Source: an uncultured archaeon
GTDB lineage: Archaea; Iainarchaeota; Iainarchaeia; Iainarchaeales; CSSED10-239
DNA: 15,879 nucleotides
Direction: 5' to 3'
NCBI GenBank assembly: GCA_964468895.1
Contig: CAYXWT010000010.1
Span: 4,251-20,129 of the forward strand
Positions within the stretch are counted from its first letter, which is position 1, and the number at the start of each line of letters is the position of its first letter. Positions 1-6,974 of the stretch are shown here, one piece after another. The notes below the pieces were generated by a model. It saw only the letters and a program-made list of their open reading frames with translations, searched no databases and was not told the DNA's origin. Position numbers and translations under genes: made by a program.

Positions 1-644
1 AATATTTTATTACCTTTAGAAATAACACTTATAACATCTTGTGTTGTATTAGGATTACATAAATAATATTGAGATCCTTCATTAGTATAATAAGTCTGAT
101 ATTTATAATCTGCATTTTCATCGCTAGCTTCAGAAAATAGAGTTTTTTTAATCATAAAGAAATGAAATAAATCAGTACTTGTGCTTATATTTGTACCTGT
201 ATTTAATAAGTAAAATGTATAATCATATGAATCTAATGGTCTCATAATAGACTTTATAGTTTGAAATAAATTAAATTTTGCAATATTTTCATTATCAGTT
301 GTATTTAGTGCATTTATGTCTGATCCTGTTGCTCCAATATGTCCATCTGCAAAAAAATCTTGTTTGATAGCAACAATTAAATAATCTTTGGCAACAGGTT
401 TATCTAAATTTAAATCAAAGTCTAATGGAACAGTAGTGTAAAATATAGTTTTCATAGCTGAATTAGTATATTCTTGAAAATATAAATTTGAAATACTTTC
501 TTGAACTCTAAGTCCATAAGTTGAAGAATATCTAAATAATAAAACACACAAACTAACAATTATAATTAAGAAAAATAAAGAATCTGTAACTGCAGCTTGA
601 GCTTTATTTTTTTTCAAACTTATTTTTGAAATTATTTGGTTCAT
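1..644 (-). CDS. Pilin-like protein with archaeal class III (prepilin-type) signal peptide; partial, C-terminus lies beyond the left window edge
   Basis: Not in the supplied ORF track because it is incomplete. Hand translation of the minus strand from ATG 644-642 stays open to base 3 (214 codons, no stop): MNQIISKISLKKNKA|QAAVTDSLFFLIIIVSLCVLLFRYSS... It has a basic leader, a K-A-Q cleavage-type motif, then a ~20-residue hydrophobic helix. The start lies 3 nt after the stop (648-650) of the upstream gene. Confidence 0.7.
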   Translation of the reverse strand, partial: MNQIISKISLKKNKAQAAVTDSLFFLIIIVSLCVLLFRYSSTYGLRVQESISNLYFQEYTNSAMKTIFYTTVPLDFDLNLDKPVAKDYLIVAIKQDFFADGHIGATGSDINALNTTDNENIAKFNLFQTIKSIMRPLDSYDYTFYLLNTGTNISTSTDLFHFFMIKKTLFSEASDENADYKYQTYYTNEGSQYYLCNPNTTQDVISVISKGNKI

Positions 645-647
645 ATT

Positions 648-1160
648 TTATTTCCAAGTAACTATGTATATTCTTGCTGGATATATAAATTCTGTTTTTT
701 GAACAGTTATTGGGAACATATAAACAACTGTTTCTTTATCATTATTATTTCTAAAATCATTTAAATTAAAACATTGGTAATATTTTTTAACTTCGTTTAT
801 TTCTTGAAAAAGTAAATTTTGATCGCATAAATCTAACTTGTTTAGCCCTCTGTATTTCTCAGAATTTAAATCTAAATCTACTAAAAATGAATTCCAATGA
901 TATTTTGAATTTACTTTTTTACAAGCTTTATCAAAAGCATTCCAATCAGCTATAAGGGGTTCTGATTTCATTGTATTTGCAATTTTTATAGTTTCATTTT
1001 GTAAACTATAAAGATCATTACTATTTTTATAAACATTATAAGTACTCATAAATACAGCAAAAAATATTGTTAATCCTAGAAATATAGGAATTATACTTGG
1101 TAAATCATCACCAATAGCTCCAATATATGCTTTTTTTGATTTTAAAAAATTTAAATTCAT
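648..1160 (-). CDS. Pilin-operon protein with variant class III-like N-terminus (KKA|Y...), 170 aa
   Basis: The ORF track gives 648-1256. I prefer the internal ATG at 1160-1158 (MNLNFLKSKKAYIGAIGDDLPSIIPIFLGLTIFFAVFM...) because the longer form would overlap the upstream gene by 71 nt and would bury the basic-leader plus hydrophobic-helix module. A 25-nt gap separates it from the upstream stop. Confidence 0.6.
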   Translation of the reverse strand: MNLNFLKSKKAYIGAIGDDLPSIIPIFLGLTIFFAVFMSTYNVYKNSNDLYSLQNETIKIANTMKSEPLIADWNAFDKACKKVNSKYHWNSFLVDLDLNSEKYRGLNKLDLCDQNLLFQEINEVKKYYQCFNLNDFRNNNDKETVVYMFPITVQKTEFIYPARIYIVTWK

Positions 1161-1185
1161 TTTTTTCAGATTATAAATTATATTT

Positions 1186-1869
1186 TTAAGTATTACAAGT
1201 TGCTGAATCTTTAGACAGTTCTGGAATCGCACACATACAACTAATGTTTTGATCATCTACTAAAGTATCAGTAAAATCACTATTTATTTGTGCACAACCA
1301 GGGATATTATTTTTATATCCACAGGAAAAAATATATATATGTGGAACTGTATTTATTACTTTTTTTGCAATAGTAATTCTATTATCTATAGAATCTTTTT
1401 TAAGAGTATCAAAATCTAAATAGTAATACTCTCCATCAGACACTTCTTGAAAATTATATTTCCCATCATTATCTTCATTATATTTCCAATCATAGAATTT
1501 TACAACACCATTATAATCAATATCATAAGCAGCAAATATATTTTTTTTCTTATGATCTAATATAGATATTATAAGTTTGTTACCATCATCTCCACTAAAA
1601 TTAGAAATATTAAGAATGTATTTACTATTATTATAATAAGAATCTCCAGAATTAATTTTAATTTTATTTGGAATACTTACATATTTCACATTACAATAGC
1701 TACTACTTTCAATTCCACTTTTTATACTTTCTCCAACTTTATAAGTTAATTCATAACTTTGTCTTGTTCTAAAATTTGAACTAACTGTATTCATAAAAAA
1801 TAAAACAATAGCAGCTATTGCTGTTACAAATATTAACATATTTAATTTAGATAAAGCAAATTCCATCAT
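1186..1869 (-). CDS. Secreted or membrane-anchored pilin-operon protein, 227 aa, 6 Cys, non-canonical N-terminal helix
   Basis: N-terminus MMEFALSKLNMLIFVTAIAAIVLFFMNTV is a hydrophobic helix without the KKAQ motif. The remainder is an Asn/Tyr/Asp-rich globular part with a Cys cluster at the C-terminus (FSCGY..PGCAQ..ISCMCAI..ATCNT). It sits in tandem within the pilin operon, with a 35-nt gap upstream. Confidence 0.55.
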   Translation of the reverse strand: MMEFALSKLNMLIFVTAIAAIVLFFMNTVSSNFRTRQSYELTYKVGESIKSGIESSSYCNVKYVSIPNKIKINSGDSYYNNSKYILNISNFSGDDGNKLIISILDHKKKNIFAAYDIDYNGVVKFYDWKYNEDNDGKYNFQEVSDGEYYYLDFDTLKKDSIDNRITIAKKVINTVPHIYIFSCGYKNNIPGCAQINSDFTDTLVDDQNISCMCAIPELSKDSATCNT

Positions 1870-1904
1870 TTTAAATCAATATTTTATATATTTTTTTAAT
1901 TTAA

Positions 1905-2525
1905 TTAACTTCTAATTTTTTTAAGTAAGCAAACGTGAGTAGATCCACCAATATCTTTTTTAAAAATTTTATATACTCCTGATGATATATTATCAGGATC
2001 TGTATAAGAGTTAGTGGTTGCTCCAGAATTAGGAGTAATTATTTTCCACTCAGGAGTTTTTAGGTTAATACCACAATTTAGTGGATCTGATTCAAAATCT
2101 ACACTTGTTGGTAAATCCATACATAGTGGTGGTATTGGTCTTTTAATACCATTATGTCCATCATCGTAAGTGTATTCTAATAAAGTACAACTATCCATTG
2201 TACCTTGACAATAAGCACTACATTTACTTCTTACAGTATAGGTTCTTAATTTTACAGTTTCATACATTTGATTATAACAAGATTTAGAATCAAAAGAAAT
2301 AGTTTTAATTGTTAAATCTGATCCTAATATAACTTCTCTTAATGCACTTTTAAGTTCACTTAAATCTTGAGTTTTATTTCCAATACAAGTATTTTCAGAT
2401 AAGTTTTTTAAAGCAAAACTACCAGCTAAAAGTACAAATCCCATAAGTATTACTGCAATTAATACTTCAAAAGGAGCTCCAACTTGGGCTTTTTTTTTTA
2501 AACAAAATTTATTTATTAGTATCAT
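1905..2525 (-). CDS. Pilin-like protein with class III signal peptide, 206 aa, Cys-rich (8 Cys in predicted mature part)
   Basis: MILINKFCLKKKA|QVGAPFEVLIAVILMGFVLLAGSF: basic leader, KA|Q motif and hydrophobic helix. The mature part has 8 cysteines. Confidence 0.7.
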   Translation of the reverse strand: MILINKFCLKKKAQVGAPFEVLIAVILMGFVLLAGSFALKNLSENTCIGNKTQDLSELKSALREVILGSDLTIKTISFDSKSCYNQMYETVKLRTYTVRSKCSAYCQGTMDSCTLLEYTYDDGHNGIKRPIPPLCMDLPTSVDFESDPLNCGINLKTPEWKIITPNSGATTNSYTDPDNISSGVYKIFKKDIGGSTHVCLLKKIRS

Positions 2526-2582
2526 ATTTAGAATATATACAATAAAGTATTTATATAATTTAGTATTTATTTTTAAAATAAG

Positions 2583-2596
2583 AAAAATAAAAAAAA
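2583..2596 (-). terminator. Oligo-T tract (T8 and T5 on the minus strand) about 40 nt downstream of the mini-pilin gene; possible archaeal-type terminator or attenuator
   Basis: Plus strand reads aaaaataaaaaaaa, so the minus strand reads ttttttttattttt. It lies in the longest intergenic gap (108 nt) of the pilin operon. Oligo-T is the known archaeal termination signal, but T-runs are common at this base composition. Confidence 0.3.
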
Positions 2597-2633
2597 GTAA
2601 GATATTAATTAAAAATTTAAGAAGAGCTATTTA

Positions 2634-2828
2634 CTACGTAGAATTAGAAGGTAATTTAGACATACTTACAGATGTTTTCATAGAATCTACAAACATAGGT
2701 TTAATTACAGCAATTAAAACAATAGCAACAATTGCAACAATTAAAAGCATATAAAGAGTAGAAGCTGAATCAGCTTGAGCTCTTTTATCTTTTAATATTT
2801 TTTTAAATTCTTCTTTAAAATTTAACAT
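2634..2828 (-). CDS. Mini-pilin: 64-aa class III signal peptide protein (predicted mature ~47 aa)
   Basis: MLNFKEEFKKILKDKRA|QADSASTLYMLLIVAIVAIVLIAVIKPMFVDSMKTSVSMSKLPSNST. It has the KRA|Q motif, one long hydrophobic helix and a short Ser/Thr-rich tail. It starts 10 nt after the stop of the upstream pilin gene. Confidence 0.6.
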   Translation of the reverse strand: MLNFKEEFKKILKDKRAQADSASTLYMLLIVAIVAIVLIAVIKPMFVDSMKTSVSMSKLPSNST

Positions 2829-2838
2829 AATTAATCAT

Positions 2839-3396
2839 TTAACTTTTTGTTGGATAAACTATACAAGCAGTACCAGAATTGTCAAATTCAGTTTCTACAA
2901 AGTCTATATCTTGTAAAGTTGTATCCTCAGAAATATTACCACTATACAATTCATAGGACTTTCTTAATGCAATACGATCATCATCACAAAGTACCCCTAC
3001 TAAATATTTTACAGATTCAGATGTTTTTATTTTCAAAGCTGATATTTCATCTGTACTTAAAACTACAAAATCTGAATCATATCTATGAGGTACTTTAAAC
3101 TTAACTTGATTTGCAGATAGTCCTGTTCCTTGAACAACTGCAGAAGCACTTATATATGGTACATCTTTTGAAGAGAATTTAACTTCAGTAGATTTTAATA
3201 GTACACCTGGATCATCTGGTGCACTTTTTAATAAAGTATTGATTGCATCTGATGGCCCTGTTCCAATGTCTGGCCCATTTATAATCATTGGTAATAATAA
3301 AGCTAATATTGCAAGAGCAACAACTGCTGCAATAAGTAATTGAAATGTTGAAAAGGCTTGTCCTTTTTTAGATTTTAATAAATTTTTAAAACTCAT
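2839..3396 (-). CDS. Pilin-like protein with class III signal peptide, 185 aa
   Basis: MSFKNLLKSKKG|QAFSTFQLLIAAVVALAILALLLPMI is a textbook archaeal prepilin N-terminus. It has the best Shine-Dalgarno of the operon (GGAGG, plus-strand cctcc at 3405-3409, 8 nt before the ATG). The mature part has 2 Cys. Confidence 0.75.
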   Translation of the reverse strand: MSFKNLLKSKKGQAFSTFQLLIAAVVALAILALLLPMIINGPDIGTGPSDAINTLLKSAPDDPGVLLKSTEVKFSSKDVPYISASAVVQGTGLSANQVKFKVPHRYDSDFVVLSTDEISALKIKTSESVKYLVGVLCDDDRIALRKSYELYSGNISEDTTLQDIDFVETEFDNSGTACIVYPTKS

Positions 3397-3489
3397 TTTT
3401 TATTCCTCCAAAAATAATTAATATATTTTTAATAAGTTTATTGTTATACAAAATATATTTAAATATATCTTAATTGTTAGTTGTAATAT
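3397..3489 (-). promoter_or_regulatory. Possible internal promoter plus strong RBS for the 185-aa pilin gene
   Basis: This is a 93-nt gap. The minus strand carries TTTAAATATA (plus-strand coordinates 3463-3454) about 60 nt upstream of the ATG, and GGAGG at 3409-3405. The same TTTAAATATA decamer occurs in the 6796-6974 divergent promoter region (6880-6889). Confidence 0.35.
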
Positions 3490-4008
3490 CTATATAATTA
3501 AATATAAATTATAAAATATAAATGTAATTATAGTAGCTGTTATAACTGTTAATAGAACATCTAAATAATTGATTTTATTATTTTGAAAATAATTATTTTT
3601 ATTATTATTTATAACATACATATCTAAAGATTTATTATAACCAGAAGTTTTGTTATTAGTTTTTATTAAAGCCCAAAAACTACCTTGTATAATTGTACAA
3701 AATGCCCATATAATTATTATTTCATAAAAATAATTTAAAGTTAATATTTTTGAATTTAATAATGTCCAAAATATACTTAATAATATAATTGTTGTAATAC
3801 TTGTAAATAAATATTTTATAAATAATTTAATTTTATAATTATTAGTTATATTTATCATATTATTTAATAACCAACTTAAAATAAAAAAGATTGTCATTAA
3901 AGCAATAACAGAAAATATAACTATAAGTATTATTGAGCCTATAAAATATCCTAAAATTAAAATTATTGCTGCTAATACAAAAAATATTATATTATTTAGT
4001 AATTTCAT
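3490..4008 (-). CDS. Polytopic membrane protein of unknown function embedded in the pilin operon, 172 aa
   Basis: It has about 5 hydrophobic segments (IIFFVLAAIILILGYFIGSIILIVIFSVIALMTIFFILSWLL; LFTSITTIILLSIFWTLL; IIIIWAFCTIIQGSFWALI; VLLTVITATIITFIFYNLYLII). There is no class III motif. Only two Asp residues are present and neither is in a GxGD/GxHD context. Confidence 0.55.
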   Translation of the reverse strand: MKLLNNIIFFVLAAIILILGYFIGSIILIVIFSVIALMTIFFILSWLLNNMINITNNYKIKLFIKYLFTSITTIILLSIFWTLLNSKILTLNYFYEIIIIWAFCTIIQGSFWALIKTNNKTSGYNKSLDMYVINNNKNNYFQNNKINYLDVLLTVITATIITFIFYNLYLII

Positions 4009-4042
4009 AAAAATTCTTTTTTTTAAAATATAAATTATTTAG

Positions 4043-4591
4043 TTAATCGTCAATATATTCTACATTTGGTTTTTTATTAAAAAATATAACACAATATACA
4101 GGACATTGTTTTAGTTCTGTAGAATCATAAATTATATCATGATATTCATTTATTTCATCATCAGTTATGGGCGCATCTTCAAAATCACAATAAGTATAAA
4201 CATTCATTTTCTTGAACTTGCCTTGAATATTAAGGATGTTACTAGCAGTATCTTCTTTAAAACCTGGTCCAGGTACTAACTTAAAACATTCTTTGTCTAT
4301 TCCAGAATAGTTTTCTAGCTTTCTAGTACTAATAGTTCCTGAAAGTAATAAATCATCAATTACAAATTCTTTTTTTGTACTAATACCTACTGCTTTAGTA
4401 GCTGAAATTATTCCATCTTTAAATTTTTGATTACTTATTAATAAAGATTTTTCATTTATAGATTGAACCATACTATAAATTACAACTAAAAAAGCTAATG
4501 CTAAAACAAAAGCTATTAATAATCTATAAGCTTCAAAAGCTTGAGCTTTTTTTGAAAGTTTAATAAAGTTTTTTAATTTTAAATATTTCAT
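4043..4591 (-). CDS. Pilin-like protein with class III signal peptide, 182 aa
   Basis: MKYLKLKNFIKLSKKA|QAFEAYRLLIAFVLALAFLVVIYSMV: basic leader, KA|Q motif and hydrophobic helix. The mature part has 4 Cys. It starts 26 nt downstream of the platform gene. Confidence 0.75.
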   Translation of the reverse strand: MKYLKLKNFIKLSKKAQAFEAYRLLIAFVLALAFLVVIYSMVQSINEKSLLISNQKFKDGIISATKAVGISTKKEFVIDDLLLSGTISTRKLENYSGIDKECFKLVPGPGFKEDTASNILNIQGKFKKMNVYTYCDFEDAPITDDEINEYHDIIYDSTELKQCPVYCVIFFNKKPNVEYIDD

Positions 4592-4617
4592 AATTTATTT
4601 TCTTTCAAGTTATTTTT

Positions 4618-6795
4618 TTAAAATATCATACTAGATAACATTACTGTAATTATAAATAAAGTAATTGCAACAGGAAGAGTTTGAGCAATTCTTAATTTTA
4701 CAAGTGTCATATTGTCTTGTTCAATCATAGTTGTAAAATAAGTCATAATTATAACTATTTGTACAACGTAAATTGCAACAATAATAGTAAATTCAGTAGT
4801 TGTTGCTAATTGACTTACAACTTCAGTATTAATAGAACCCATACTAGTCATAGAACTAGTATTTATGTTAGCACCCATAGAGCCACCTACATCTTTAATA
4901 CTTTCTAAAGATGCTTCCATATCTTTTAATGTTCCACTATTAGCTATAGAATATAAAGTAGAAGTTACAACTTTTTGAAGAGAAGTTGTTATACCTAAAA
5001 CTATTGGTGTAATAAATTTAGACATACTTGATAAAGTTGAAGTTACACTTGTAATTAAATTTGTTAAAGTTTTATTAACATCATCTGTATTTCTAAGTTG
5101 CATAGAGTAAGACATTAAAGTTTTAGCAGCAACATTAACTCCTAATTGAACAGAATCACTTAGAAGTTGCATAGCACTATTAATTATATTAGAAGGATTA
5201 TTTTTAAGAGCACCATAACTTTTATCAAATAAAGCAGAATGTAAATTAAGTCCTAATATTTTAATATTATCTATAGTTTTTCCAAATATGCTTTGGGCTA
5301 TTAAAGAATTTGGTAAAAAGGATCTGGTATGCTCTAAAGCATCTTCAATAGGTTTATTTTCACCTAATCTACTTGCAATAATATAAAGAGCATCTTTAAA
5401 TTCATCTTCCATTTTTTCAGTTTTAAGTTGTATTTTTCTTTTGTAAATACTAACTACATAACACCATAAAGAAATTGCTAAACAAATTGTAATTAATATA
5501 CCATTAATTACATAATATGGTGTAACATCATTTTCTGGTTGTGACCAAAATTCATTTTCTTGATCTTTACTTTCAAATTCTGGATTTTCAGGGTCATATC
5601 CAGATTCTAATAATATTTTTCCTTTAGTAACTCCAAATTGGTTTTGTAGATATATACTACCTCCAATTCCTCCAACTAATAAAACTATTAAAATAAAAAA
5701 TACATTTAAATATTTTGAACCTATTTTAAATGTGTTTTTTGGAGGTAAATCAGGATGAGAATCTGGAATTTTTGGAGGAATATAAGTAGCAGGTCTTTTT
5801 TTAATTACACTTTTAGCATATACATAACATCCAATAGGTAATGCTATATTGTAAATTAATACTAAATAAACTGATTTAGCTAAAGCAGAACCAGAAAAAG
5901 CAGAACCTACTGGTAAAATAATAATTAATAATAAAGGTAATAATACTCCTAAATAAAACATAGCCATTGTTGGTTGACTTAAAGTTCTTGCATAATCTTC
6001 TAATTTATCTTTTATAGAAGACAAAGTATCTGCCATTGTTTGGTCTAATAATTGATATCTTTTAGCTTCTGAACTTTCAATTACTGAAGCTCTAATTTTC
6101 ATAAGTCCTTTTTTAAGTTCTATTGAAACATCTCCCCATTTATATGCAAGTTCGTCTATAGCTTGAGCAACACTGTTTTTAATTCCAACTTTAACTTCCC
6201 AAAGTAATTTTTTTAAATCTTCAGATATTTTTCCATGACCTCTATTGGAAGCAAATTCAATAGCTTTTTCTAAATTTGGTACTAATTTCATAGACATTAT
6301 TAGATAGCCCATAATTTCAGGAACAAAAGTTAATGCTTTTATTTTTTCATCATCAACTTTAGAAAAAGGGAAATTTTGAACATTTTTAAAAATTATTAAA
6401 AATATAGTTACAGGAATTGCAATACAAATGAAATATCCCATCATTATATTTCCAAACAATTCTGCAAGAGGAGCTAATAGATAACTCATAGCTATAGCTA
6501 TTAAAATAATTGCTAAAAAAACACCAAATATTAAAGTAAATTTAATAGTTGCATTATATTCTTCTGCACTTAAATCCCAATTTAAAAAACTAATTGCTTT
6601 TTCTAATTTTGAAGAATATTTTGTGTTCTTTCCAAGACCTGGAAATTTAGAATAAATTTTTTTGCAAAATTTAACATATGGATGTAATTTTCTAGTAGTT
6701 AATTTATCTACACCAGAACTGAAATCTCTAGAGTCTACTGATATTGAACTATATATTTTTCCAGGATTTTCAAAATTATTATCTTTTATAGCCAT
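4618..6795 (-). CDS. Type IV pilus/archaellum-type polytopic membrane platform protein (FlaJ/TadC/PilC-like), 725 aa
   Basis: It has multiple TM helices (e.g. FTLIFGVFLAIILIAIAMSYLL, MFYLGVLLPLLLIIILPV, VFFILIVLLVGGIGGSIYL, YYVINGILITICLAISLWCYVV, FTIIVAIYVVQIVIIMTYF, LPVAITLFIITVMLSSMIF). These bracket two soluble helical segments (..NLEKAIEFASNRGHGKISEDLKKLLWEVKVGIKNSVAQAIDELA.. and ..FKDALYIIASRLGENKPIEDALEHTRSF..). That is the duplicated T2SSF-like layout. It is the first gene of the pilin operon. The call rests on architecture and context, not on a search. Confidence 0.65.
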   Translation of the reverse strand: MAIKDNNFENPGKIYSSISVDSRDFSSGVDKLTTRKLHPYVKFCKKIYSKFPGLGKNTKYSSKLEKAISFLNWDLSAEEYNATIKFTLIFGVFLAIILIAIAMSYLLAPLAELFGNIMMGYFICIAIPVTIFLIIFKNVQNFPFSKVDDEKIKALTFVPEIMGYLIMSMKLVPNLEKAIEFASNRGHGKISEDLKKLLWEVKVGIKNSVAQAIDELAYKWGDVSIELKKGLMKIRASVIESSEAKRYQLLDQTMADTLSSIKDKLEDYARTLSQPTMAMFYLGVLLPLLLIIILPVGSAFSGSALAKSVYLVLIYNIALPIGCYVYAKSVIKKRPATYIPPKIPDSHPDLPPKNTFKIGSKYLNVFFILIVLLVGGIGGSIYLQNQFGVTKGKILLESGYDPENPEFESKDQENEFWSQPENDVTPYYVINGILITICLAISLWCYVVSIYKRKIQLKTEKMEDEFKDALYIIASRLGENKPIEDALEHTRSFLPNSLIAQSIFGKTIDNIKILGLNLHSALFDKSYGALKNNPSNIINSAMQLLSDSVQLGVNVAAKTLMSYSMQLRNTDDVNKTLTNLITSVTSTLSSMSKFITPIVLGITTSLQKVVTSTLYSIANSGTLKDMEASLESIKDVGGSMGANINTSSMTSMGSINTEVVSQLATTTEFTIIVAIYVVQIVIIMTYFTTMIEQDNMTLVKLRIAQTLPVAITLFIITVMLSSMIF

Positions 6796-6974
6796 AAATA
6801 TCTTTTTAGTTTTTAATTAAAAATTTTTAAATTATATTTTAATAAATATAAATATTATATTAAATATAAAGAGGAAACATTTAAATATATGTTCGTTTAC
6901 TTTTGTATATAAGTATATATTTTTTAAATTAAATAATTATAAAATATTTTTAATAAAAAGGAGTTGAAATAAAA
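6796..6974. promoter_or_regulatory. Divergent promoter region between the pilus platform operon (-) and the ferredoxin gene (+)
   Basis: This is a 179-nt non-coding gap between divergently oriented starts. It has TATA-like elements (TTTAAATATA 6880-6889; gtatataagtatatat 6904-6920) and an AGGAG Shine-Dalgarno at 6959-6963, 11 nt before ATG 6975. Confidence 0.4.

Noticed and set aside
1161-1256. A 32-codon N-terminal extension of ORF 648-1256 (MIKTLVVCVRFQNCLKIQQLVILKNIIYNLKK).
   Set aside because: It would overlap the upstream gene (stop at 1186) by 71 nt. It would also place the basic-leader plus hydrophobic-helix module internally. The internal ATG at 1160 gives the same N-terminal architecture as the neighbouring paralogs.
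2847-3098. An 83-aa plus-strand ORF from the six-frame track.
   Set aside because: It lies entirely antisense to the 185-aa class III pilin gene (2839-3396). Its translation is low-complexity (Tyr/Leu/Gln/His-rich) with no motifs. It is a typical shadow ORF in AT-rich DNA.
3490-4008. The embedded membrane protein considered as the missing FlaK/PibD/EppA-type prepilin peptidase.
   Set aside because: It has only two Asp residues, neither in a GxGD/GxHD-type context. It is also markedly shorter than known A24 peptidases. It is kept as an unknown membrane protein.
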